Shown here piece after piece: positions 41,907 to 51,369 of a stretch of 64,000 nt of DNA. The notes under the pieces were generated by a model, which made no database searches, was not told the DNA's origin, and saw nothing but the letters and a program-made list of their open reading frames with translations. The translations under genes and the position numbers were made by a program. Source of the DNA: Myxococcales bacterium (lineage in GTDB: Bacteria; Myxococcota_A; Polyangia; Polyangiales; DASUME01); contig JASGJH010000001.1 of NCBI GenBank assembly GCA_047601445.1, positions 512,001 to 576,000 of the forward strand. The letters are read 5' to 3'. Position 1 is the first letter of the stretch. Every line of letters starts with the position of its first letter.

Positions 41907-42968
41907 GTGATCAAGTACATCGGTAGCAAGCGTCTGCTTTTGCCCAACATCGTGCGCGCGGCTCACGCGTTGCCAGGGGGCAGGCGCGTGCTCGACCTGT
42001 TCAGCGGCACGTCTCGCGTGGGCCACGCGTTCAAGGCGGCCGGCTATCAGGTCACGGCCAACGATCACAACAGCTACGCCTATCGGCTCGCTCAGTGCTA
42101 CGTGCAGGCCGATCGCGCGAACGTGGTGGGGGACGCCGAGCGATTGCTCGCGGAACTCGCGCGGCTACCGGGACGCGCGGGCTACTTCACCGAGACCTTC
42201 TGCCAGCGTTCGCGCTACGTCCAGCCCCACAACGGCGAGCGGGTCGACGCGATCCGCGAGCGCATCGCTCAACTGGCCCTCGAGCCGGTGCTGGAGTCGG
42301 TGCTGCTGGTCTCGCTGATGGAGGCGGCCGATCGCGTCGACTCCACGTGCGGGCTGCAGATGGCGTATCTCAAGAAGTGGTCGGCGCGTTCCCACAACCA
42401 GCTCGAGCTGCGCATGCCCGACGTGTTGCCGGGGGCCGGCGACGCTTGGCATTCGGACGCTCTCGAGGCGGCGGGGCGAGCGAGCTTCGATCTCGTCTAT
42501 TTGGACCCGCCCTACAATCAGCATCGCTACTTGGGCAACTACCATGTGTGGGAGTCCCTGGTGCGTTGGGACAAGCCCGAGGTCTACGGGCTGGCCATGA
42601 AGCGCATGGACGCCAAGGACTACAAGAGCGACTTCAACTCGCGCCCGCGCATTCGGGAGGCCCTCTCGAAGGTGGTCGAGCGGCTCGACACTCGTTACGT
42701 GCTCGTGTCGTTCAACAACGAGGGCTACCTGTCTCACGAAGAGCTCGCCGAGATGCTGGCCGTGCGGGGTGAAGTGGCCTCGCTGGAGCTGAACTACAAG
42801 CGCTACGTGGGAGCCCAGATCGGCATCTACAACCCACAGGGCGAGAAGGTCGGCCGGGTCAGCCATCTGCGCAATTCGGAGTATCTGTTCCTGGCGGGGC
42901 CCGATGCCAACCGGTTGCTCGCGCACAGCACCGAAGCAGCAGGGGCCGTTTCCGCCTCGGCCGAGTAG
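41907..42968 (+). CDS. DNA adenine methyltransferase (D12 class), no adjacent endonuclease
   Basis: KYIGSKRLL, DLFSGT (SAM binding), YLDPPYNQH (motif IV), VSFNNEG. Confidence 0.9.
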   Translation: MIKYIGSKRLLLPNIVRAAHALPGGRRVLDLFSGTSRVGHAFKAAGYQVTANDHNSYAYRLAQCYVQADRANVVGDAERLLAELARLPGRAGYFTETFCQRSRYVQPHNGERVDAIRERIAQLALEPVLESVLLVSLMEAADRVDSTCGLQMAYLKKWSARSHNQLELRMPDVLPGAGDAWHSDALEAAGRASFDLVYLDPPYNQHRYLGNYHVWESLVRWDKPEVYGLAMKRMDAKDYKSDFNSRPRIREALSKVVERLDTRYVLVSFNNEGYLSHEELAEMLAVRGEVASLELNYKRYVGAQIGIYNPQGEKVGRVSHLRNSEYLFLAGPDANRLLAHSTEAAGAVSASAE

Positions 42969-42970
42969 CG

Positions 42971-45478
42971 CTACTGGCCGATGACCGGGGTTTGCCCGGA
43001 GAGCAGACCTCCCACGAAGCGCTGCCAGTCGGGCTTGCCTGCGCCGAGGTAGACGAAGTGACCGTCTTCCCCGCTGGCCGGCTGATACTGGTGCGAGCCC
43101 TGGGTGTAGAACGAGTCCTTCACGATCTCCACGTTGCCAGACAGCGGTGCGGCCACGGGCTTGACACCGTTGTAAGTGACCAGCACGGGCATCACCGTGT
43201 CGAATTGGGCCGCGTTGGAGTAGGCCTGTTGGGTCGTCTCTGGAGCGTAGGTGTCGCCCACGCCGTAGGTCATGAAGACGTGCTTGGGGGTGGTGCCGAT
43301 GGCCGGGCTCCGCAGCTGGGGCGCGAAGTTCACCGGGTCGACGGGTTCGAAGAAGCTCTGCAGGAGCGCCAGCACCGGGTGATTGGAGCCGATGCAGTTC
43401 GGGCAGGTCTTCTCTGCACCAGCTTCGGGATCACCGAGCACCAGCGGAATGACCGAGGCGATGTCGACGGGGGACTTCTTGGTGGTGAGGGCTTCGCTGA
43501 GGTCACCGCCCACACCCGAGAGCACGGCACCGATGACGTCGTTCTCGTAGGGGAGGGCCAGGCTCACGTGGGTGGCACCCTGCGAATGGCCGAAGAAGGC
43601 GAGCTTCGTGGCATCGAAGCGGAAACTCTGACCGAAGGCGCTGCCAGCATCACCGGAGGCAGAGAGCGCCCAGCGCACGAGGGAGAAGAGATCCGCGCTG
43701 CCTTGGGCGACGTTGTCACGGGCGGCACGCGGGTTGGTGAAGTTGTAGAAGAGTTCGTCCGAGCCCAGCGTGGAGCCGTTCTTGCGCGAACCGTGCTGCG
43801 GCAGGTCGATGGTGAGGACGGCGGCGCCGCCCGCGGGGAGCGAAGCCAGGTCGTTCAAGCCTGACTTGAAGCTGCCGCCCGTGCCGTGGCCGTAGATCAC
43901 CAACGGATAGCCGGAGGCAGGAGCGGCGGTCTTGGGGAGGAGCAGGCCGAAGCAGACGTCCTCGTTGCGCACGACCTGGGCCGTGCCGTTGGCGTCGAGG
44001 GTGATGTTGCCGCCCGTGGTGAGATAGGGGGCTTCACCGTTCTGGAAGATGGGCAGCGTGATGCGACCGTGGATCTCGGCATAGGCGGGATCTCCAGCGC
44101 CGCACGCGCGCTCTCCGCCATCGGCGCACGGGGAGGTCACCCCCGGCCCACACAGGGTCACGTCCTTCACCGAGGCAGGCATGCCTGCGCGCACCGCGGC
44201 TCGCAGGCCCTTGATCAGCGTGGTGGGATCCTGCGTCGTGAAGACGGCGGCGTTGAGCACCGCGTCGGCCGTGATCTTGCCGGCAGCCTGTGGGCTCCCG
44301 AGGAAAGCGCGCAGCGGCGAATAGTCGCCGTAGGCCTTGGCGAGCGCGGGATCGGCGGGGGCGCTGGCGGAGAGCAAGGCGTTGAGATCGCCGTCGCGCG
44401 TGAAGGCCGCACCCGTGTTGGTGGTGATGCCCGTGGTCAGGATGGCCACGTAGGTGTGGCTGGGCAGCAGGGGCTCGCCGCTGTTGGTGCGGACATTGAG
44501 CCAGTTCTCGCAGACGTAGCGCGTGACGCTGCCGTTGCTCACGCCCCAGGCGCGCGAGAGTGCTTTGCCGTACTCCGGCGTGCCCGCGGTGATGTCGAAC
44601 AGGAGCACGCTGTCTTTGGTGGCGCCGGCGTAGGGCTTGGAGAAGCGGAAGTAGACCACCGGGTTGTTGGCGAAGCCCTTCAGGTCCTGGGAGGCCTGGG
44701 TGGCATAGTTGCCCACGAAGTCCACGCCGATGCCGAACAGGTCGCCCGACGAAGGGAAGCCGTTGAGGTCGAGGCCCGTGGTGCTGCGACGCACGTCGTT
44801 GGGGAAGGGGAGGCGAAAGAAGTCGCCGTCGTCGGTGCCGCGCGGAACGCGGAAATAGGACAGCGCGCCTGCCGCATCCGGAGGACACACCAGACCGTCC
44901 CATACGGTACTCGGCAAGTGCAGCGGATCGATGGGGCTGCAGGTCAGGCCGCTCGTCGCAGCGTCGACCGCACCGGGCTTCGACTGCGGCGGCTGGCACA
45001 ACAAGCCCGCGAGGCAGTCCGTGGTGCTCGAGCAGCTGGCGCCGATATCGCCGTCGCCGGTCATCAAGCAATGCTTGGTCAGGCCCTGGTCGTACCCGCA
45101 GATGAGCCCGTGCTGACAGTCCGCGGTGGCGTCACAGCGCGCGCCCTGGGCGGCCGAGCCGGCCTGCTTGCAGACGAAGCTTGCGTCCTCGACGCTGCAG
45201 AAGAGGTTGGGGCCGCACTCGCCTGTGGCCTTGCACGGATCACCCACCACCAGGATGCCTGCGAAGTCGCACACGCCGTCCACGCAGCCGAGACGCAATG
45301 CGCCGGCGCACTGCTCTTCGCTCTCACAGGGGCTGCCGATCTTTCCCTGCTCTTGCTCGGGGATCCCCGTATCGATGCAGCTGCGGGGGTTGCTCAGGCA
45401 AGGGTCCTTGGCCGAGTCGAACATGCCGCAACCGGCGAGCACCACGACTACACCCACCCACCTCGACGCTCTAAGCAT
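42971..45478 (-). CDS. Lipoprotein with Cys-rich repeats and a C-terminal alpha/beta hydrolase (lipase-like) domain
   Basis: Lipobox LAGC; four G..C....(E/D/Q)C..GL.C units; LPFPND; IYGHGTGG; IDLPQHGSR; nucleophile GHSQG. Confidence 0.8.
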   Translation of the reverse strand: MLRASRWVGVVVVLAGCGMFDSAKDPCLSNPRSCIDTGIPEQEQGKIGSPCESEEQCAGALRLGCVDGVCDFAGILVVGDPCKATGECGPNLFCSVEDASFVCKQAGSAAQGARCDATADCQHGLICGYDQGLTKHCLMTGDGDIGASCSSTTDCLAGLLCQPPQSKPGAVDAATSGLTCSPIDPLHLPSTVWDGLVCPPDAAGALSYFRVPRGTDDGDFFRLPFPNDVRRSTTGLDLNGFPSSGDLFGIGVDFVGNYATQASQDLKGFANNPVVYFRFSKPYAGATKDSVLLFDITAGTPEYGKALSRAWGVSNGSVTRYVCENWLNVRTNSGEPLLPSHTYVAILTTGITTNTGAAFTRDGDLNALLSASAPADPALAKAYGDYSPLRAFLGSPQAAGKITADAVLNAAVFTTQDPTTLIKGLRAAVRAGMPASVKDVTLCGPGVTSPCADGGERACGAGDPAYAEIHGRITLPIFQNGEAPYLTTGGNITLDANGTAQVVRNEDVCFGLLLPKTAAPASGYPLVIYGHGTGGSFKSGLNDLASLPAGGAAVLTIDLPQHGSRKNGSTLGSDELFYNFTNPRAARDNVAQGSADLFSLVRWALSASGDAGSAFGQSFRFDATKLAFFGHSQGATHVSLALPYENDVIGAVLSGVGGDLSEALTTKKSPVDIASVIPLVLGDPEAGAEKTCPNCIGSNHPVLALLQSFFEPVDPVNFAPQLRSPAIGTTPKHVFMTYGVGDTYAPETTQQAYSNAAQFDTVMPVLVTYNGVKPVAAPLSGNVEIVKDSFYTQGSHQYQPASGEDGHFVYLGAGKPDWQRFVGGLLSGQTPVIGQ

Positions 45479-45570
45479 GCCTTCGCTCCCCCTTCGCCGG
45501 GCCCAGGATAAACCAGCGCAGACCGCTCAGGTCGGCCAAACGCTCGAGCCTTATACGCGCGAACCCGCTG

Positions 45571-46704
45571 TCAGCTGCGCTCGACCAGGCGGTCCATCAT
45601 GAAGCGGCTCTTCTCGGTGGCTTCGGCGCTGAACTCCCCGAAGAAGGCGCGCACGTCCTCGAACATCCTCACGAACGCTGTTTGATCGCGCTCGAGCAGC
45701 ATCGTGCCGACCGCGTCGGCGGCTTCGCGGAACGCTCCCGTGACTTGCGCGGTCAGCGGATTGTTCATCTCGATGGGCCCATAGAGCGCCGGATCTTGTC
45801 CGAAGTGACGTGCGGCGACGTACAGTTCCATCAAGTAAGCGGGCGAGGTGAAGCGCAAACTCTCCTGCAGCGGCGTCGCGAGCTTGGCCAGGGTCAAGCC
45901 GAGCACCTGCGTCTGGTAGTGCGTGAGCACCTGCACGAAGGCCATGGCGCGGTCGTGCTCGTCGGCACTGGCGTCGGTGATGACCATCCCGCGGGCGCGG
46001 AAATTGGCGCGCACCCAGTCGGCCCAGGCGTCGCCTCGGCCCGGGCAAAACACCACGCGTTGTCCCTGAAAAGACTGTGCTCCCGGGCCGAACATCGGGT
46101 GCGTGCCGAGCACGCTCGCCTGGGTGGAGCGCAGCATGGCTGCCAGCGGCGCAGCCTTGATGGAAGTGACGTCCATCAACAACCCTCCAGCGGGTACCGC
46201 GGGGCCCACCTCCTCGATGACTTTTTCGGTGATGTCGATGGGCACGGAGATCAGCGTCACGTCCGCGCGGGCCGCCGCCTCGCGCGCCGTGAGCTCGGTG
46301 TCGAGGTCTGCCACCAGCACGGTGTGCCCAAGCTCACTGAAGAGCTCCGCCATGCGACGTCCGATGCCGCCTTTGCCGCCGATGATGGCGACGCGCTTGG
46401 GCTCGGTATGGAGCGGTACTTCGGCCTTGAGGCTCGCCTGGTAGTCGCGACTGGCCCACATGATCAGGCGGAACAAGCTCTCGGCGACCTCCACCGAGAG
46501 CCCGAGCTTGCGCGCCAGCTCGCGCCGCGCTTCGAGCACCTCGGTCTCCCGCTGGGGATCGCGGATGCGCAGGCCGTGCTCGCGCTTGATCGCCGCCAGG
46601 TCGCCGACGATCTCCATGCGTCGCTTGAGCAGCGCGAGGATCTCCTGGTCCACTGCATCAATGCGTGCGCGTACGCTGCCTAGAGGATCGTTGGGCTCGC
46701 TCAC
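45571..46704 (-). CDS. tyrA: Bifunctional chorismate mutase/prephenate dehydrogenase
   Basis: RARIDAVD...RDPQRE; IIGGKGGIG; DVTSIK; THPMFGP; HDRAMAFVQ. Confidence 0.92.
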   Translation of the reverse strand: MSEPNDPLGSVRARIDAVDQEILALLKRRMEIVGDLAAIKREHGLRIRDPQRETEVLEARRELARKLGLSVEVAESLFRLIMWASRDYQASLKAEVPLHTEPKRVAIIGGKGGIGRRMAELFSELGHTVLVADLDTELTAREAAARADVTLISVPIDITEKVIEEVGPAVPAGGLLMDVTSIKAAPLAAMLRSTQASVLGTHPMFGPGAQSFQGQRVVFCPGRGDAWADWVRANFRARGMVITDASADEHDRAMAFVQVLTHYQTQVLGLTLAKLATPLQESLRFTSPAYLMELYVAARHFGQDPALYGPIEMNNPLTAQVTGAFREAADAVGTMLLERDQTAFVRMFEDVRAFFGEFSAEATEKSRFMMDRLVERS

Positions 46705-46714
46705 AGGCCTGGAG

Positions 46715-49117
46715 CTACCGCACGACGGGGGGATCCGGCAAGCTACCGCGGCGTGAGCCCCCCTCCAGGGCGAGCGCGTCTTCGTCGCGTCCCAGCTTGC
46801 GGTAGCAAGCGGCCATGGTGGCGACGGCCGCCCGCTCTCCCGCTCGGTCGGTGGCTTCTCGGGCTAGGGCCAGCGCGTGCAGGGCCTGGCGCACGGCGGC
46901 CCCGAGCTCGCCGGTCTCGATGAGCACGAGCGCGGTGGCGATGGCGGTGCGAGGCGTCTCGTTCTCCTCGCGATGGCGGGCGCGATCGAGCAAGCGCAGG
47001 GCGCCCGTGCGATCGCCTTTGACCAGTGCGGTCATGGCGCGCAGACGGTCCACGCTCGGGCCATCGCGGCCCGCTGCGATCACGAGTTCCAGGGCGCGTT
47101 CCACGGCGTCGAAATCTCGCCCCAAAATGGCTTCGACCGCCTGGTGCAGGGCTTGCGCCGACAGCGTGGCCGAGTCCCGCGGCGGCTCCGGGAGCTGCAC
47201 CTGCTCACTCTTGGGAGCGGCGTCGCCTGGGGCCCGCTCGACGCGCGGCTTGCGCATGGCCCCGGCTCGTTCGCTAAAGCTCTCGGCGAGCCTCGCGGCA
47301 CGGGCTCGCGTGGCGTCGGTGGGGTCGAACTCGACGGCCGCCGCCGCCAGTCGCACGCCCGAGCGCAGATAGCCGAGCTGACCCGCCAACCCGGCCACTT
47401 CGAGCATGATGTCCACCGCTTCGGGAGCGCGTCCGCCGCGCGCCATGTGATACGCGAGGGTCGCACGTGCGAATGCGTCGGCGCTGGGAATGCGGCGCTC
47501 CAAGGCGCGGGCGATGGCGCGATTGAGTTCGAGCATGCGGTTTGGCGGGATGCCCGCCACCACGACGGCCCGCACGATGGTCGAGAGGGACAGGCCGCTC
47601 GGTCCGCGCTCCAGCAACGACAGGGAGACGAGCTCCTCGATGGCGTCTTCGCGCACGCTGTCGCGCAGCCCCTCCGAGTCCGCGACCTCCGAGACCACCG
47701 GGGCCTCGCCCGGATCGGGCACCAGCGCAAGCGCCTCCAGCATGCGCCGTACGCCTCGCGGGAGCTTGTCGATGCGCTCCTCCACCAAGGCTTCCACGGT
47801 GTGCGTGCTCAAGCGCCCCGCAGGCCCGCGCCGCCAGCGAAATTGCTGCTCCGAGAACACCACGTCGCCCGATGCCACCAGCACGCGCACAGCCTCGGCC
47901 ACGCCGAGCGGGGTATTGCCTCCCATGGCCGCGGCGCGCCGAGCGATGTCGTTGGAGGTATTCTTTCCCAGCATCGAGAGCGCAAACGCGCGTGCCTCGG
48001 CCTGGGCGAGTCCCGGCACACGGATTTCGGCCAGCGTCCCACCCCGCGCGAAGGCCTCCGGGGCCTTGGCATCGAGCGGTAGACGCAGCACGACCAGCCC
48101 GTCGGGGCCCCCGTCGCGCGTGACCTCGGCCATCACACCGACCGTGGCGGGGTCGATCAGGGGCGCAGGGTTGACCGTGATCAGCACGCGTCGCCCGCGC
48201 TGTTCGTGGGCGCGTCCCAGGTATTGGCGCAGCGCGATGATGGTGTCCCGTCGTGACACCGGGCGTCCCTCGCGCACCGCCCGCAACGACGCGAGGGAAA
48301 GTCGATCGGGCTCCTCGTTCGAGGTCAGCACGCGCTCCAGCGTCTTGCCCTCGGGCAGCCGCCGCAATGCGTACATCAGCCCCGAAAGCGGGGCGAGCGC
48401 CGACGACTGGGCGCGCACGTCCAGCCAGGTACAGGGGTCCATCTCCTCGGCCACCTGTCGCAGCCAGGAGCTCGCGCCCGCGCCGTAGGGACCCATCAAC
48501 AGCACGCGATGCCGCCCCGGCATGGCGGCCACGTGTCGGAATGCGCCGAGCTGGTTCTGCGCGTTGCTACTGAGGCGCGGCCGGGCCAGGTGCAGGAGCG
48601 CACGGGTGCAGTCGGCGCGTCGCGGATAGTGGCGGTCGATGGCTTCACCGCGAATGCCCTTCAAGCCCTCCACGCGGCGCCCGAACAGGAACACCGTGGA
48701 GGCGGCGGCCTGGACGGCTGCGTCGAGGATGATCTCGAACGGCTCGGCCACGCTGGCCAGGGCCTGCGCGCGATCGAGGGCGTCCCCGACCAAGGGGCCC
48801 TGGGCGGGCCGCTCGACGACGCCCATGGTCAGGGCAAAAGAGACACTGCCGGATTCCTGAGCGTCGGGCTCGAACTCGGCCACCAGAGCCAGGCAGTTCT
48901 CGACGCTCCGCGCGACTTGCCGTGAATCCAGCGCGAACACCACAGTCCCGCCGAGCTCCACCACCACCTCGGCGCCGTCGCGAACGAAACGGTCACGGCC
49001 CGCGATGCGCCAGAGGGCTGCTTGCGCGATAGCTTCCGGGCTCGATTCTGCGGGCGGCAACCAGCGTTGCCAAACGATGAGTCGTTCCATGCGCGTCCGA
49101 AGCTGCCCATCCCGCAC
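46715..49117 (-). CDS. Degenerate class III cyclase-like plus STAND ATPase-like plus TPR-like protein
   Basis: LVGDALDRAQALASVAEPFEIIL; LLMGPYGAGASS; GGNTPLGVAEAVR; ERIDKLP; LAYHMARGG. Start is 49117 or 49090. Confidence 0.6.
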   Translation of the reverse strand: MRDGQLRTRMERLIVWQRWLPPAESSPEAIAQAALWRIAGRDRFVRDGAEVVVELGGTVVFALDSRQVARSVENCLALVAEFEPDAQESGSVSFALTMGVVERPAQGPLVGDALDRAQALASVAEPFEIILDAAVQAAASTVFLFGRRVEGLKGIRGEAIDRHYPRRADCTRALLHLARPRLSSNAQNQLGAFRHVAAMPGRHRVLLMGPYGAGASSWLRQVAEEMDPCTWLDVRAQSSALAPLSGLMYALRRLPEGKTLERVLTSNEEPDRLSLASLRAVREGRPVSRRDTIIALRQYLGRAHEQRGRRVLITVNPAPLIDPATVGVMAEVTRDGGPDGLVVLRLPLDAKAPEAFARGGTLAEIRVPGLAQAEARAFALSMLGKNTSNDIARRAAAMGGNTPLGVAEAVRVLVASGDVVFSEQQFRWRRGPAGRLSTHTVEALVEERIDKLPRGVRRMLEALALVPDPGEAPVVSEVADSEGLRDSVREDAIEELVSLSLLERGPSGLSLSTIVRAVVVAGIPPNRMLELNRAIARALERRIPSADAFARATLAYHMARGGRAPEAVDIMLEVAGLAGQLGYLRSGVRLAAAAVEFDPTDATRARAARLAESFSERAGAMRKPRVERAPGDAAPKSEQVQLPEPPRDSATLSAQALHQAVEAILGRDFDAVERALELVIAAGRDGPSVDRLRAMTALVKGDRTGALRLLDRARHREENETPRTAIATALVLIETGELGAAVRQALHALALAREATDRAGERAAVATMAACYRKLGRDEDALALEGGSRRGSLPDPPVVR

Positions 49118-49205
49118 AAAGCCGTGTACGCTTTGAGCAGCGTTTCACGAGGGCTAGGGGCTTGTAAAGTCTCAGCAAGAAGCGTCCAAGCGCCACGAGA
49201 AAAAC

Positions 49206-50174
49206 ATGATCCAGAACTCTACCATCCTGATCACCGGCGGAGCCGGCTTCATCGGCTCCTCCCTGACCCGCCGCCTGGTCCAAGACAACAAGATCCGCGT
49301 CCTCGATACGCTGCGCCGAAATGCGCTCGCAGAGGCCGGTCTCGACAAGCACCCCAACGTCGAAGTGGTGGTCGGTGACGTCCGCGACGCCAAGACCATG
49401 CGGGAAGCGGTGCGCGGCATGCAGTACGTCGTGCACATGGCGTCCATCGCCGGCGTGGACACGGTCCTGAAGCACCCCGTGCTGACCATGGAGGTCGCGC
49501 TCGAAGGCACCATGAATGCCCTACGCGCGTCCGTCGAAGAGGGCGGAGTGCGGCGCTTCATCGACTTCTCCACCTCGGAGGTCTTTGGCAGCTACGCCTT
49601 CCGAGTGCGCGAGGCCGACGTAACGAGCCTGGGGGCCGTCGGTGAGGCGCGCTGGACCTACGCTGTCTCCAAGCTGGCCACGGAGCACCTCGCCCATAAC
49701 TACTGGAAGGAGCACCAGCTCCCCACCTGCTCGGTACGCCCCTTCAACATCTTCGGCCCGGGTCAGGTGGGAGAGGGCGCCATCCATGCCTTCGTCGTGC
49801 GGGCGCTCAAGGGTGAGACGATCCAGGTTCACAACCAGGGCGATCAGATCCGCTCCTGGTGCTACATCGACGACATCGTCGACGGCATCCTGCTGGCCAT
49901 GAGCCGGGTAGAGGCCATCGGGCACTCCTTCAACATCGGCAATCCCCGCAGCACGATCACCATCTACCAGCTTGCCCACCTCATCGTACGTCTGGCGGGA
50001 TCCAAGTCGCCCATCGTGTCGGTGCCTTGGGACTTCCCGGACGTCGAGCTGCGCGTCCCCGACGTCCACAAGGCGGACAAGCTGCTCGGCTTCAAAGCCA
50101 GGGTGGATCTGGAGGAGGGTCTGCTGCGCACGCTGGATTGGTACCGACAAAAGCTCGACAAGACGACCAGATAG
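49206..50174 (+). CDS. NAD-dependent epimerase/dehydratase (extended SDR)
   Basis: TGGAGFIG, STSEVFG, YAVSK, RPFNIFGP. Confidence 0.92.
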   Translation: MIQNSTILITGGAGFIGSSLTRRLVQDNKIRVLDTLRRNALAEAGLDKHPNVEVVVGDVRDAKTMREAVRGMQYVVHMASIAGVDTVLKHPVLTMEVALEGTMNALRASVEEGGVRRFIDFSTSEVFGSYAFRVREADVTSLGAVGEARWTYAVSKLATEHLAHNYWKEHQLPTCSVRPFNIFGPGQVGEGAIHAFVVRALKGETIQVHNQGDQIRSWCYIDDIVDGILLAMSRVEAIGHSFNIGNPRSTITIYQLAHLIVRLAGSKSPIVSVPWDFPDVELRVPDVHKADKLLGFKARVDLEEGLLRTLDWYRQKLDKTTR

Positions 50175-50254
50175 GATGCGGGCATGACCCGCCAATGCGC
50201 TTGACCTGCCCGCCGGCGCTTGGGAAGATCAACGGTGTTTTACTCGAGGTCTCG

Positions 50255-51367
50255 GTGAGCGCAGAGCGGCGGACAATTTCTCTTCGGGCTGCCCGGGCGG
50301 ACGACTGGTTCGAGAAGGTCGAGGCTTCCGCTCCCAACTTCGATCAGCTGTGCGACGCCATCGGACGCAAGTTCGTCGCGTTCGCGTTGGTGGCGGGTGT
50401 GCGCATCACCTCGCTCGCCATCGATCCCCGAAACTCCGAAAACACTCAGGTGACCTTCGGAATTGGGGCCCAGACCGACGATCACACCATGGGGTTGGCC
50501 GAGTTCCGGCGCGCGCTCACCCAGGCCTTGGTCCAGCCCGAAGAGGTGATGGACCCGCCCAGCGACCTCGAGAACGTCGACAATCAGCAGAAGTTCCTGG
50601 GGGTCCGCTACCTGCTCTTGGCGCCCATCTTCGGCATCTCGGTGCAGGAGCTCCACGTGGGCGGCGGTCGCGAGCCAACCGTGGTGATCGGCCTTGGGTC
50701 GCTGTCCGACGAAGTGTCTATCGAGGAGTTCCGCGAGGTCATTCGCGAGGCCGTGCGCCGCGAGGAGCAGGCCGCGCGGCCCCAGCGCCCCTTCGCCATC
50801 GACCTCGGGAAGATCCCCGAGGCCGAGACGGCCCTCAAGAAGGGTGACTACGAACGCGCCATCGAGATCCTCGATCCGTGGTCCGGTCCCCTCTCCATGC
50901 TGCTGCGCACACCGCAGGGACAGAATTTGGGCGCCGAGGCCAAGGCTTCGCTGGCGCGGGCCCTTGGCATCCTGGGTGCTGCTTACACCAAGAAGGCGGA
51001 GTACCCAGCCGCCGAAGAAGTGCTGCGCTTGGGCGTGCAATGGGTGCAGGACGGCGAGGTGGCCGGACAGCTGTTCGCTCAGCTCGGTGAAATTGCGCTC
51101 CATCAAGGTCAGTACGGTCAGGCCATTGGTCTGTATCGGCGTGCGCTCGCGCTCGGTTGTCCTCGGGTACAGGTGTTGGCGGAGCTGGCCGAGTGCTTCG
51201 TCAATCGCGGTCGCGCCGTGGCGGCCCTGGTGTGCGTCGACGAAGCCAGGTCTCTCGGCGTGCCCGAGTCGCGGCTCGAAGCCACGCGCGCTCAAGCGCT
51301 CGAAAAGGTGGGCGCCCGCTACGCGAAATTCCGGGAGCTCGTACCGCTCGCGGCTTCGAAGGCCTAG
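50255..51367 (+). CDS. Hypothetical protein with C-terminal TPR repeats
   Basis: AQLGEIALHQGQYGQAIGLYRRALALG; GAGG before GTG 50255. Confidence 0.7.
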   Translation: MSAERRTISLRAARADDWFEKVEASAPNFDQLCDAIGRKFVAFALVAGVRITSLAIDPRNSENTQVTFGIGAQTDDHTMGLAEFRRALTQALVQPEEVMDPPSDLENVDNQQKFLGVRYLLLAPIFGISVQELHVGGGREPTVVIGLGSLSDEVSIEEFREVIREAVRREEQAARPQRPFAIDLGKIPEAETALKKGDYERAIEILDPWSGPLSMLLRTPQGQNLGAEAKASLARALGILGAAYTKKAEYPAAEEVLRLGVQWVQDGEVAGQLFAQLGEIALHQGQYGQAIGLYRRALALGCPRVQVLAELAECFVNRGRAVAALVCVDEARSLGVPESRLEATRAQALEKVGARYAKFRELVPLAASKA

Positions 51368-51369
51368 CG

